Shown here piece after piece: positions 42,466-52,503 of a stretch of 64,000 nt of DNA; positions within the stretch are counted from its first letter, which is position 1, and the number at the start of each line of letters is the position of its first letter. A model generated the notes under the pieces. The model did no database searches. It was not told where the DNA came from and was given only the letters and a program-made list of their open reading frames with translations. The stretch is from the IMG/VR virus record IMGVR_UViG_3300033998_000095, positions 1 to 64,000 of that record. The stretch is one strand, 5' to 3'. Origin of the DNA: a virus. The translations under genes and the position numbers were made by a program.

Positions 42466-43635
42466 TTAGAAATTAATACTAATTTGAGACAACGTATGTA
42501 ACTTCCTGGATATAATAATAAATTCCAATGTTGCTTCTAATAGATTAGTTGCTTTCATATCAGAAGATGTTTCAGTTATATCATTAACTGGATCAACTGA
42601 ATTTAAAAGATATAAAAACTCTCTTAACAATGCTGTTAACATCAATTCATTTTGGGGAATATCTAATGTAGGATTGGATATTGCTTCTTTAAAAGCATTT
42701 ATTGATAATTTAGCTTCTAATACTTTATCTGGATAGAAAGACTCTATTACATCTATATCATATGTATCTGTAATAGAAGTAGTATATTCTTGATAATCTA
42801 AAAACAGTTTTATTCTTGGATTGAAATAAGATCTTGTAAACTTATAATTAATTTCATCTGCATTGAACATATGTGGTAAAAACAATAAATTAAAAACACT
42901 ACTATTAATAATATGATCTACATATTTTTCTGATAGCAAGGTTACATTTGGAGGAATTATTGTTTCATAAGTATTAAGTATAAAATCAATTTCAGGAAAT
43001 GAATGTTTATTATCATTAAAATGTGCACATATATTTGTATGATATAACGAATTTAAATAGTTAATTACTTTCTCAAGACGTGATAATAATATTAAGAATG
43101 TCTGTCCTTGAGAGAATGGCAAAATAGATTTTAAATATTCTATGAATATATATTCACCATTTATATTATATTGTTCCCAATTTGCAAATGGTCTAAACTG
43201 TTCAACTACACATCTATAATAAGCTCTATTTAATGCTGCTGAACGTTCTATATTAACTATCATCCAATATACATAATCTCCATCTATATTAAAATGCAAT
43301 ATATCTCCAACTGTTGGTACAACATTAGTAGAAGGATCTATAACAATAGATGTCTGCGTATCTTGAGAGTAATTAACTCCTCTTTCAGAGGAATTCATGG
43401 CAGGTAATACCTGTTGAATAAATGTTATTGGAAGCATATATATCTTATGCCATTTCCTACCAGATAACTCACCAGTAGTTCTATATGTTTGAATATAATT
43501 TTCATCAAATACTGTATTTTGATAATCTAATTTATAATACGTAGAGTATATAACATTGTTCCAATCAGCATAATCATTATATACTAATTTCTGATACTCA
43601 TCAGCATAATTTGTTAATCTAATAGTAGGTTGCAT
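42466..43635 (-). CDS. putative neck/head-completion protein
   Basis: STYYKLD, GELSGRKW, VVPTVGDILHF beta-barrel pattern; context. Confidence 0.4.
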   Translation of the reverse strand: MQPTIRLTNYADEYQKLVYNDYADWNNVIYSTYYKLDYQNTVFDENYIQTYRTTGELSGRKWHKIYMLPITFIQQVLPAMNSSERGVNYSQDTQTSIVIDPSTNVVPTVGDILHFNIDGDYVYWMIVNIERSAALNRAYYRCVVEQFRPFANWEQYNINGEYIFIEYLKSILPFSQGQTFLILLSRLEKVINYLNSLYHTNICAHFNDNKHSFPEIDFILNTYETIIPPNVTLLSEKYVDHIINSSVFNLLFLPHMFNADEINYKFTRSYFNPRIKLFLDYQEYTTSITDTYDIDVIESFYPDKVLEAKLSINAFKEAISNPTLDIPQNELMLTALLREFLYLLNSVDPVNDITETSSDMKATNLLEATLEFIIISRKLHTLSQISINF

Positions 43636-43636
43636 T

Positions 43637-44074
43637 TTAATCCTCTACTCTTTCTTCTTTAACTGTTTTTAATTCATATAATGACTGGCTTAATAAATCT
43701 ATATTATCTAATATAGGAAATCTATAAGTATAATCTCTATCAGCATAATTAAATCTAATAGTTATACCAATACCTTTATTATATCTATCTCCTATGAATT
43801 CACTTTGTACGTCCAATACCCTAATTCTAGGTTCCCATTTTTCTAATGCATATCTAACTTCTTGATTTGCTTCAGTTAGTATATCATCAGTTTCCAAAGA
43901 AAATAAAAGTTTAGTTATATTACAACCAAACTCAGGTTGCCATATTCTACTGCCTGGAGGAGTAGCAAGAATGACAAATATGGACTGTAGAATAACACCA
44001 ATATTTCTACTTTCATAAAAGTCTCCATTTGGTGATAATTCTGGTAAACATCCAATCAACTCTTGATATGCCAT
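43637..44074 (-). CDS. baseplate wedge/sheath initiator (T4 gp25-like)
   Basis: ILATPPGSRIWQPEFGCNI, ALEKWEPRI. Confidence 0.9.
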   Translation of the reverse strand: MAYQELIGCLPELSPNGDFYESRNIGVILQSIFVILATPPGSRIWQPEFGCNITKLLFSLETDDILTEANQEVRYALEKWEPRIRVLDVQSEFIGDRYNKGIGITIRFNYADRDYTYRFPILDNIDLLSQSLYELKTVKEERVED

Positions 44075-44098
44075 TATTTGCTACTCCTCCTATTTTAA

Positions 44099-44287
44099 TT
44101 ATTTCTTTTTCATTGATGTTGCTTTTTGCCTGGACAATTCTTCTTCTACTCTTTGTTGCTTGGTTTCTTCATATTTTACTCTCCAATTTAAGATAGCATC
44201 AAGTTTACCTACTGGCATTGCCATAATATCACTGTATGGTACTCCTCCAAATAGGGTCATAAATAATGCTACCTTTTCAGTAAGCAT
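44099..44287 (-). CDS. tail/baseplate assembly chaperone (gp51/GT-like); possibly a frameshift extension of the upstream gene
   Basis: GGVPYSDIMAMP motif; no SD before the ATG; frame open back to 44341. Confidence 0.6.
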   Translation of the reverse strand: MLTEKVALFMTLFGGVPYSDIMAMPVGKLDAILNWRVKYEETKQQRVEEELSRQKATSMKKK

Positions 44288-44315
44288 CTTTTTGTATGTT
44301 TCTTGTGCTTTAGGA

Positions 44316-45188
44316 TTACTGTGATAAGCGAAAAAGCTCAGCTATTAAGCTGACTGGATTCTCCTCTGACTTCCCACAATTGGGACAGGTTCCTCTAACA
44401 TATAAATCTATACCATAATTTCCATACGCTTCATTCCATGCTTTTCTAATAGCTATTTTATCTCTTGATGGTAGGTTACGTAGATAAGAATATATTTCAA
44501 ACACATTTTTAACAACCAAATATTTCTTATCATCTTCACTATTATTTGTTGATGATTCATTTTCTATATTCTCATCTGGTTTCTGCTTCATTGCTACTTG
44601 TTTCTGTGGAATATGCAATTCTCTTATAATAATATAACTATCTGCTCTTCGTAAGATTTCCTGAGATATTCCTTTACTCGTTGCAAACTCACGTTCATCT
44701 TTTAAAGTAGGTAGGCAAAGCACAGCCTTATATTTACTTATAGGTAATGTTACATCCACTGTCTTTGCAATTAAACTTTCTCTTCCCTCATATAATCTTA
44801 TATCAACATTTTCAGTGATATTCTCTTTAACAGTGTATTGAAAATCACAAGCAGAGCAATTGATTGTAAAGTCTTGTTCTTCACCATATGATGCTACTAA
44901 TATTCCATAAAGCAAAGCTTCTCTATCTATTATAGAAACATTTCGTTCGAAATTATAAATAGTATCCAAAGGTGGTTCCTTTTCAGTAATACATTCATAT
45001 ACAGTTTGATTAAGTAATGCTGTTGCTTTAGCAGCAGTAAGAGCAGATTCCCTTAATCTCTCTTCCTGTGCTACTGTAAGAGACCTAACAGTTAAATGTA
45101 ATTTACTATGTGGTGTTATAACCTCAAACGTAGGAAACTGAAAATCCTCAAATTTTGGTAAATCTTTTGCTTGATAAGCCATTAACAA
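44316..45188 (-). CDS. baseplate hub assembly chaperone (T4 gp26-like)
   Basis: VRSLTVAQEE, DREALL..SYGEE, two CxxC pairs (CSAC, CPNC), LPISK. Confidence 0.75.
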   Translation of the reverse strand: MLMAYQAKDLPKFEDFQFPTFEVITPHSKLHLTVRSLTVAQEERLRESALTAAKATALLNQTVYECITEKEPPLDTIYNFERNVSIIDREALLYGILVASYGEEQDFTINCSACDFQYTVKENITENVDIRLYEGRESLIAKTVDVTLPISKYKAVLCLPTLKDEREFATSKGISQEILRRADSYIIIRELHIPQKQVAMKQKPDENIENESSTNNSEDDKKYLVVKNVFEIYSYLRNLPSRDKIAIRKAWNEAYGNYGIDLYVRGTCPNCGKSEENPVSLIAELFRLSQ

Positions 45189-45261
45189 AATCCTCCTTGT
45201 AATTAATTATTATTCGTTATTATATTTTACATCATTCAGTACAAAAATGCAATACAAAAAT

Positions 45262-45294
45262 ATATTGGTCTCCCTTTATCAGGGAGACCAATAT
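45262..45294 (-). terminator. intrinsic terminator after the major capsid gene
   Basis: 14-bp stem atattggtctccct/agggagaccaatat followed by a T-run on the minus strand. Confidence 0.8.
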
Positions 45295-45338
45295 GATATA
45301 GTATTACATGTTACATTGAAATGTAGTTTAGTATAGAA

Positions 45339-46817
45339 TTAGTTAGTTATTTCAATAAGTCCTACACCTTCATGCCTTATAAACTTAGCAGCATACCTGC
45401 TAAGGAAGGTCATGACTGGTTTCCTGCCAAGAGGGAATGGTGTAATGGTTAGTGGCCTATATGGTGCAAACACAAACACAGCATGATCTGGATTCTCAGG
45501 CTTTAACAATACTATCATTTTACCCTGAGGAACTACAGGAGAGCTTAGCACTTTCCAAGTATCATCCAGCACACCAGCTATAGGCGAATTACCAAATGCT
45601 CCACCACCAACAGTATTACCCTTGAAAGAATAATCAGAAGTAGTTTTCAGAATAGCAACATCAAGAGGATTGGCTACTATAGTATTGGCCACTCCAATAT
45701 TAGTATCAACATAAATCTGGTTGCTTACTTCATTCAGCTGAACTACAATCTGGTTGTACCATTCTTTTCTACCAAATGCAAAATTAGCATCAGGTGTCTT
45801 GGAGAAAGTTTTTATTGCATTGGGATGGAAAATGCTTGTTTCCCTAATAAGGGCATTAATCAGTTTCCTATCAATATCCAACGCTATAACATTTCCAAAC
45901 GTATCTACCAACTGAGCCTGGACATCCATATCAAAATATGCTTTGACATCCTGCTCATACTGAATCGTCCATTCAGCCTGCACTTCATGGTCAATAGCAT
46001 TCATTCTAATCTTAAGATGTTTAAAACTAATTTTATTAGCATACATTTCCTCAAATCCAGAAATGCTTGCTACTATGGATATACCAGTTACTCTTTCAGC
46101 TTCTCCTGCTCTAGTATTAGATACAGTTACTGTTCCTTTGAAATAGTCTACATTACCAGATACATGATCTACGAGACCACTGGTTCCAAGTTCAACATCA
46201 AAATTAAACATACCTTCTTCATTGGGCTCAACCAATATATCTACATCAGAAGTGGTGCTACCATTATCAGTAGTAAAAGTAACACTAACAATCTGAAAAT
46301 CTCTCTGTAGATGAGCCTGAGAAGGATTCAATCCCTGAGCAGCCAGCAAATCAGTAATAGAAGGAACAGCAACAAGAGCAGGAGCAGTTACTCCTATTTG
46401 AGTTGCACTAGAAACATCCCTCTGTAGATTAGGCAGATCAAACTCTTCATTGCCAACTTTAGCTACAGCAATCAAAAAGGGCCTTATAATTTCAGGCTGC
46501 TCCATTGGCAACACTGTCAATGCTTCCCTAGCAACCAATGCAGGCCACATTTTCCTAAACACAGGAAGAATTAGCTGAGCCTGTGGTTTAAATCCATAAA
46601 CAGTTTCAGCAAGTATTCCTTCCCTAACCAGACCAGACATAGTCTTGAATTCATCTTTCATATTTAATTCAAGACCTTCTGAAAGAGCTTCTACATAGTA
46701 ATCGAAAAGAGCATCATCAGCCAATATCTGTGGATAGTTTGCTACTACATCCACACCCTGCTTCTTCATAGACTTTGCAGTTTCCTGCAACAACGATTTT
46801 ACAGCACTATATTGCAT
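45339..46817 (-). CDS. major capsid protein (T4 gp23-like)
   Basis: QAEWTIQYEQD, DIDRKLI, ANTIVANP, VFAPYRPL, FLSRYA; downstream of the protease and followed by a terminator. Confidence 0.9.
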   Translation of the reverse strand: MQYSAVKSLLQETAKSMKKQGVDVVANYPQILADDALFDYYVEALSEGLELNMKDEFKTMSGLVREGILAETVYGFKPQAQLILPVFRKMWPALVAREALTVLPMEQPEIIRPFLIAVAKVGNEEFDLPNLQRDVSSATQIGVTAPALVAVPSITDLLAAQGLNPSQAHLQRDFQIVSVTFTTDNGSTTSDVDILVEPNEEGMFNFDVELGTSGLVDHVSGNVDYFKGTVTVSNTRAGEAERVTGISIVASISGFEEMYANKISFKHLKIRMNAIDHEVQAEWTIQYEQDVKAYFDMDVQAQLVDTFGNVIALDIDRKLINALIRETSIFHPNAIKTFSKTPDANFAFGRKEWYNQIVVQLNEVSNQIYVDTNIGVANTIVANPLDVAILKTTSDYSFKGNTVGGGAFGNSPIAGVLDDTWKVLSSPVVPQGKMIVLLKPENPDHAVFVFAPYRPLTITPFPLGRKPVMTFLSRYAAKFIRHEGVGLIEITN

Positions 46818-46923
46818 TTATTTTACCCCCATATTAAAAAGTGTTTATAATTTATTCCCAAATAAATTATTATCTTCTGTCTACTATACTTCATATCTTC
46901 TTAGTCTATTATCTTTCAGCTAA

Positions 46924-47349
46924 TTAACAATAAGAAATATAACCACTTATCTTATTAGTACTACCATTATCATTAACTATTATTAACTTTCTAAGCAAAT
47001 TACTTTGAATATTATTGAATACATATCTTCCAGCTTTTAAATAAGCAGGAGTAGAATTCATAGAATTGAAGTATAATTTTAAATTAGATTCACATTCTAT
47101 AACAACGTTCAATCTATACATCGACGACATTTTTTCAATTGGTAATTCAATTGTAAATTGATCTACTAAGTTATCTTCTTTAAAGCTATAAAGAATAGGA
47201 GAAACTGGTGGATCGTCTGAAATAAATTCTATATATTTGTTAAGCTCTGCTTTAGAAAGATATCTACTAAGAGTAAAAGTAGAATTACCTTTTGCGATAA
47301 AATCACCAACAACTACATCTTTAGGATTGTGATTCTTATATGTAGGCAT
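46924..47349 (-). CDS. hypothetical head-associated protein
   Basis: 141 aa between protease and capsid genes. Confidence 0.5.
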   Translation of the reverse strand: MPTYKNHNPKDVVVGDFIAKGNSTFTLSRYLSKAELNKYIEFISDDPPVSPILYSFKEDNLVDQFTIELPIEKMSSMYRLNVVIECESNLKLYFNSMNSTPAYLKAGRYVFNNIQSNLLRKLIIVNDNGSTNKISGYISYC

Positions 47350-47377
47350 TATTTTTTTACCTCTCTTTAGATAATAA

Positions 47378-48295
47378 TTATTCTATCCCAAAATATTTTT
47401 TAAATAAGGTATCAATTGGTTCTTTGTTATTTATATAATCATCGAGAAAATCTATAAGATTCTTTTCTTTCTTATATTCTTCTTCATCATATAGATAATT
47501 CTCAATTAATTTATCTACAGTGTTTTCTGCTTCCACTAATTTGTTATGTTTCAAATTAATTTCTAGCAGTTCCAATAAAGTTTCAAAATCATTCTTTACT
47601 TTATTTTCAGCTAATGGTTTAGAATTAAACATACCATTAACAATATCAAATCTATCTACCAGAATATTGGATTCTGTCAAATATGATGCTCTCTTTTTAG
47701 TATTTGCAAAATGTTCTTTGACAATCTCAATCATACGTGCCTTTTCATGTGAAGGATTACTAACACAATCATATGTTATGATTTCAAATGGGGCTGTTAT
47801 TTCAGTAATTCCATCAGATCTTGGTTTACATTCACCTACTGCTCTAACTGAAAATCCTACCTTAACACCATCCATTATTAAACCAGCTAATTTATATCCA
47901 TTATCAGTAGAGGTGGTCTCAATCTCTCCCAAGACCATATTACCATCCATCCACATTTTATTTATTATATGTGAAACATTATCATATAATACAACAAAAT
48001 GCCTATATTCATCTACTTCAGTATTACCTGTAAGCACAGGATGATCCAGTTCTCCAAGCAATGTCCTTGCTTGAATAAGTGGTTGTAAGGAATTAATCGC
48101 TTTCTCAACTAGATATTTAGGATACATACGTTTATTAAAATTAACATCATCAGTAGTCTGCAATACAGTTCTAATTTTAACTTTTGGCATCCTGGCACCC
48201 ATATACTTTGAATCAACTACTTCAGTATATAGGTTAGTTTTATCTATACCATTATCCAAATATATATACATTATGTTTTTGAACCTCCTAACCAA
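47378..48295 (-). CDS. prohead protease (T4 gp21-like)
   Basis: NFNKRMYP, LGELDHP, VSHII, GFSVRAVG, ITYDCVSNPS. Confidence 0.92.
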   Translation of the reverse strand: MVRRFKNIMYIYLDNGIDKTNLYTEVVDSKYMGARMPKVKIRTVLQTTDDVNFNKRMYPKYLVEKAINSLQPLIQARTLLGELDHPVLTGNTEVDEYRHFVVLYDNVSHIINKMWMDGNMVLGEIETTSTDNGYKLAGLIMDGVKVGFSVRAVGECKPRSDGITEITAPFEIITYDCVSNPSHEKARMIEIVKEHFANTKKRASYLTESNILVDRFDIVNGMFNSKPLAENKVKNDFETLLELLEINLKHNKLVEAENTVDKLIENYLYDEEEYKKEKNLIDFLDDYINNKEPIDTLFKKYFGIE

Positions 48296-49055
48296 TTGTA
48301 TTTAATAAAGAGTCAATATCATCATCTTGTTCTTTTGGAGAACTAGATAATTGATTATCCTTATCAGATATATTATCTTCTTCACTATTAGTTGCACTGT
48401 TATCCTCATCACTCTTTTTATCATCATTATTATCATTATCCTGATTATCTTGTGATAAGGTTTCATCATCAGAATTATATTTCTTCAATATCTCTATAGC
48501 CTGTTTTACAACTTCTGCAGAAAATTCCTCCAGTTTTTTATTAACTTCATCTAGATTATCTTTCTCATATATGCTATCACCAATAGTTGCAATTGTTTGT
48601 AAAACTTTGTTTACATACTTTATTAAAGGAGTAAAATCAGCATCTCTTGTTTTAGTAGATGCCATATTGAGCAAATCTCTGATTCTGATTAATTGTTTAA
48701 GATTAAATAAGAATTTATCTTTGATACTCTCAGCATCTTGTTCATCTCCAGAATCTATCTCAGGAGTTTCTGGAATGTTTTGATCATTGGTGTTTAAGAT
48801 ATCTTCTGGTGTAATATCGTTGATATTAGAATCTGGATTATCATTCTGACCAGTAATATCAGAAGGTTCATTATTTAACTCATCATCATTAATTTGTTGA
48901 TCATCTGTTTCATTTTGATCATCATCTTCTTCATCTAACAAATCATCTACTTCAAATAAAACATCGTTTTCAGTATAATTATCGATATCATATATCTTAT
49001 TCAATAATTCATCAATATTCTCATACTTACTATATAATATATTGTCAATAGTCAT
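48288..49055 (-). CDS. acidic prohead core/scaffold-like protein
   Basis: D/E/N-rich low-complexity protein between portal and protease. Confidence 0.55.
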   Translation of the reverse strand: MTIDNILYSKYENIDELLNKIYDIDNYTENDVLFEVDDLLDEEDDDQNETDDQQINDDELNNEPSDITGQNDNPDSNINDITPEDILNTNDQNIPETPEIDSGDEQDAESIKDKFLFNLKQLIRIRDLLNMASTKTRDADFTPLIKYVNKVLQTIATIGDSIYEKDNLDEVNKKLEEFSAEVVKQAIEILKKYNSDDETLSQDNQDNDNNDDKKSDEDNSATNSEEDNISDKDNQLSSSPKEQDDDIDSLLNTIG

Positions 49056-49096
49056 TTTATACTATAACCTCCATCAATATTACTTATAATATGTTA

Positions 49097-51148
49097 TTAA
49101 GGAGTCTCTGGAGCTGGTGTTTCTTCTCCTCCAAACAGATCTGATGAGAGTTCTCCACCACCCATGTCTTCTTCATTGGATTCTTCTCTTGATTTCTCCA
49201 TCTGTTCTAGATAGAATTCATCAAAATCATATTCTGGTAAGAATCTCCTTAATATTTTCTCTTCAGGTACATTCATTTCTTTAAGTGAATTGTATATATC
49301 TCTAATTTCAGTGTACATCTTTGACAATGCCTCAGTAATAATGCCTCTTGGTGGCATAAACGTTAGAGATATATTATGATAATTACTATTTAGATCATCA
49401 TCATCTGAATGTACTAATATATATATTTTGTGCATTAACTCTGTAAAGTATTCAGAAAACATCTTTTGATATCTGATAACTGATCTCGCAAATAACATGC
49501 TTTCTTGTGCTAGGGTTGCTTTGGTTGAATTGAATTCTTCTATACCTAGATAAGATGGTGGAATTTCAATACCAGTTAATATATTCTTTATGAGTGTTGT
49601 ATCTTCACCCTGTCTGGTATCTGAATAGGATCCCATATCAAGTGTATCCATTTCAACATATCTTTTTCCATCTTTAGCAGGTAAATAATAATCTTCAAAT
49701 GTAGACACAATAGAAGGAATAGTTTCTATATCATTTAAATCAGATACCTTTACTTCTCTACTCTTAACTGCTCTTTTAACATTTTCTATTCTACTAGATG
49801 CATCTCTAGTACCTGAAACATCTACAGTAAATATCATATGCTTTCCTGCTCTAGAAAGCATATATATCGTAGATGATACTAATCTAGCAAGATACAGTCT
49901 AAATATAAACTCAAGATCTGCAAATATAGACTCTCCATATACTTCATCTTTAAGACTTATATTCTTAAAATGAATCATATTGCTTTCAGGCACATATCTT
50001 ACATTGACAGATTTAATAGAACTAATTTTATTATAACCTTTTATAATATTAATTAAAACATCCTTTATATCATCAGATAATGAATTTACATCAATTTGTT
50101 TGAGATATGAAGAAATAACAGCATACACTTTGTTTATAATAGTATTAAATGCCTCTTTTTCAGAGTCCATCTGCATCTTAGAAAAGGATCCTACATTACC
50201 CATTCTTGGACCTGCTGCTTCTTGAGCACTTGTTTCACTATCAATGACTAAATAACCAAGGCATATATTATAACGTTGTATCTTAATTACATTATGTGGT
50301 TGATGAAATATTAACGAAACATCATCATATGTTATATCATCTTTATTATTTTTTGCATCATCTTTATTTGATTCATCTTCAGTGATAAGATAATCTTCTG
50401 TGATGTTATCATCATTTTTATATTCTCTTAATTCCTTTGATACTAAATCATTTTCTATTAAATTATGTCTGCGAATATGCTTTATATCCTCTGTTTCTAA
50501 TAACTTGACTGATATCTGTTTATCTTTAAATAACTTATTATTTATTTCAGATAGATTGATCTTTTCCTCTCTTATGACACCACCAAACACATTCTCCATT
50601 TCACGCTGTCTGGTAGTTAATTCAACAAAGAAATCACCAAATAATAAAGTATTCTGAATAATATAATCAGCTTTCTTATCTATAGCTAATACTTTCATAG
50701 CATTTCTAAATTCTTGTTTAAGAAGATCTATTTCAGTCTCTATACCTTCAATATCATCCAACTCAGATATTACATTCAAAGATCGTTTATTAATATCATC
50801 AGGTGAAAGAATATTATCAGCCCATATACGTAAAGCTTTTCCTAATATTGGTATTCTATCTTTAACAGCAAGTATATTCTTATAACTATCTAATCTTTTC
50901 TTAGATGGTGTAAATTGAGAATATCCAGCATTAAATGAACTCAATACATTGTCTATAACATCTGATTCTTTTCCATTGTTAGATTTATTAACAACAGCAT
51001 TAACCAAATCAATCCAATCTTTTTTCCTATAGGGACTTAATAAATCAGCACTATTAACATCATCTAGATGACGTTCGAAGTCAATAGTTAGATCTCCACT
51101 TTTGTTAATACTATATAGTAAATTTCTAAATGTATCTTTAATAGACAA
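49097..51148 (-). CDS. portal protein (T4 gp20-like)
   Basis: TLLFGDFF, YGESIF, IYMLSRA, FTVDV, EDYYLP, IPPSYL, FARSVIRYQ; acidic tail. Confidence 0.9.
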   Translation of the reverse strand: MSIKDTFRNLLYSINKSGDLTIDFERHLDDVNSADLLSPYRKKDWIDLVNAVVNKSNNGKESDVIDNVLSSFNAGYSQFTPSKKRLDSYKNILAVKDRIPILGKALRIWADNILSPDDINKRSLNVISELDDIEGIETEIDLLKQEFRNAMKVLAIDKKADYIIQNTLLFGDFFVELTTRQREMENVFGGVIREEKINLSEINNKLFKDKQISVKLLETEDIKHIRRHNLIENDLVSKELREYKNDDNITEDYLITEDESNKDDAKNNKDDITYDDVSLIFHQPHNVIKIQRYNICLGYLVIDSETSAQEAAGPRMGNVGSFSKMQMDSEKEAFNTIINKVYAVISSYLKQIDVNSLSDDIKDVLINIIKGYNKISSIKSVNVRYVPESNMIHFKNISLKDEVYGESIFADLEFIFRLYLARLVSSTIYMLSRAGKHMIFTVDVSGTRDASSRIENVKRAVKSREVKVSDLNDIETIPSIVSTFEDYYLPAKDGKRYVEMDTLDMGSYSDTRQGEDTTLIKNILTGIEIPPSYLGIEEFNSTKATLAQESMLFARSVIRYQKMFSEYFTELMHKIYILVHSDDDDLNSNYHNISLTFMPPRGIITEALSKMYTEIRDIYNSLKEMNVPEEKILRRFLPEYDFDEFYLEQMEKSREESNEEDMGGGELSSDLFGGEETPAPETP

Positions 51149-51180
51149 TTAATAATACACCTCTCAGTGTGAAATCAATC

Positions 51181-51555
51181 TTATCTAATAACGTTATAAA
51201 TCATATTCAAATGTCTATATATTTCTCTAGATATAAAATCAAAGTATTGATCCTTGGTCATAAATACCAAGGATTCTCTTTGTAATTTTCTAGGTATATT
51301 TTTCACAATATATGCAAATGCTTCTTTGTATATCATAAAGTATTCTTCAGTATTTAAATCCAAATTATTAACAAGTGCATCATGTACACCTTTTTCTTGC
51401 ATGAAAAAATCTATCAATGATGATATTGTATCTGAAAGCATAAAAAGAGTATTTCTCATTGATTTAATTCTATTTCGCTCTCTTATTGATGACAATAATC
51501 TAGACAACATGAATGTTAAGTATAATAACATAAAAATTATAATATATTTTATCAT
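51181..51555 (-). CDS. small membrane protein
   Basis: N-terminal TM helix IIIFMLLYLTFMLS; SD. Confidence 0.55.
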   Translation of the reverse strand: MIKYIIIFMLLYLTFMLSRLLSSIRERNRIKSMRNTLFMLSDTISSLIDFFMQEKGVHDALVNNLDLNTEEYFMIYKEAFAYIVKNIPRKLQRESLVFMTKDQYFDFISREIYRHLNMIYNVIR

Positions 51556-51584
51556 TTATGAAAAACTCCTCTCTCTTATTATCA

Positions 51585-51714
51585 TAATCAATCGAGTTGC
51601 AATGATGTGAACTACCCCCACCTATAGAGGTGGTGGCTTCGTGGTCAATGCTCCCATCGGAGCAAGATTACCCACGCTCAAAGGGCTGTTCCTTCCCCAG
51701 CTTTACCAATTACA
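51585..51714 (-). ncRNA. candidate stand-alone TnpB-type omegaRNA (scaffold ~51607-51714; 3' guide ATCATTGCAACTCGAT...)
   Basis: GGGGAAGGAACAGCCC..GAGCGTGGGTAA..GCTCCGATGGGAGC..CCACGAAGCCACC..GTAGTTCAC architecture like Firmicute tnpB right-end RNAs. Confidence 0.6.
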
Positions 51715-51800
51715 TGGCTAATTTTAGCAGGTTCTTTGATGCAGTCAAGCGACATTCATCACCCACTTATAGAAGTGGGCGACTTCTGTCGTTAATTAGG
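51607..51800 (-). mobile_element. protein-less IS200/IS605 mini-element (PATE-like) carrying a TnpB-type omegaRNA
   Basis: minus strand: ATTAA|CCTAATTAACGACAGAAGTCGCCCACTTCTATAAGTGGG (left-end hairpin) ... GAAGCCACCACCTCTATAGGTGGGGGTAGTTCAC (right-end hairpin, TCAC end); core hairpin identical to that of the IscB element. Confidence 0.8.
51721..51748 (-). promoter_or_regulatory. sigmaA-type promoter inside the mini-element
   Basis: TTGACT-16 nt-TAAAAT with extended -10 TG (TGcTAAAAT). Confidence 0.55.
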
Positions 51801-51856
51801 TTAATTTGACATTGCAACTCGATTGATTACAAATGAGAATATTTTATTTTGTTTTA

Positions 51857-52165
51857 CTATTCATTTTCAGAACATTCATCATCAGAATAGTCTTCAGCCC
51901 CACCTCTTACATGTTTCTTAGTGGTAGCATAGAAAAACACAAGATCTTTCTTATTAAGTAATAAGACGTCTTGCTCTCTGGTTGGTATATCAAGCAACAC
52001 AAAATCAGTTTGACTCTCTGCTATCTTTTCAGCTATACGATGAATGTCTTGTTTGGTAACATTCTCTGCAGTGAGAACTGATTTGGTGTTATTAATATAC
52101 CCAAATACCAGCCTAATAGAACACGTTTTTTCCTTAACCTGATTTTCCATAATTATACCCTCCAA
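51857..52165 (-). CDS. hypothetical protein
   Basis: GGAGG SD suggests the start at MENQVK (about 52150). Confidence 0.6.
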   Translation of the reverse strand: MEGIIMENQVKEKTCSIRLVFGYINNTKSVLTAENVTKQDIHRIAEKIAESQTDFVLLDIPTREQDVLLLNKKDLVFFYATTKKHVRGGAEDYSDDECSENE

Positions 52166-52239
52166 TATTCTTAGAATGATTTTATCTTTTCTTTTTGATT
52201 ATAAATGACATTTTGTGAAAAATCAAGTAGTTAATAAAA

Positions 52240-52464
52240 CTACTTTCCAATTTCTTCACTTTCTGGTTGTAATGATTTAGATTTCTTACCAGTGCTTTCT
52301 TGAGTATTATCTATAATCTCATATTGTACTCCTTGCACATCCAAAAGCAATAGCTGGTGTTCATATAATTCAACAATAGCTGGAGTTCTAAGGGAGTTAA
52401 ATCCAAATGCATTTAATGTGCCAGGAGATTTTATATTGACAAGTACCTTCTTTCTAGTATACAT
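52240..52464 (-). CDS. hypothetical small protein
   Basis: SD AAGGAG, 74 aa. Confidence 0.6.
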   Translation of the reverse strand: MYTRKKVLVNIKSPGTLNAFGFNSLRTPAIVELYEHQLLLLDVQGVQYEIIDNTQESTGKKSKSLQPESEEIGK

Positions 52465-52503
52465 GGCTGTAATCTCCTTTTATATAATGATGAACAAACA
52501 ATA

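Larger units (their letters stand above)
51585..51829. repeat. perfect 20-bp inverted repeat (51585-51604 / 51810-51829): hairpin split by the mini-element
   Basis: taatcaatcgagttgcaatg / cattgcaactcgattgatta. Confidence 0.9.
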
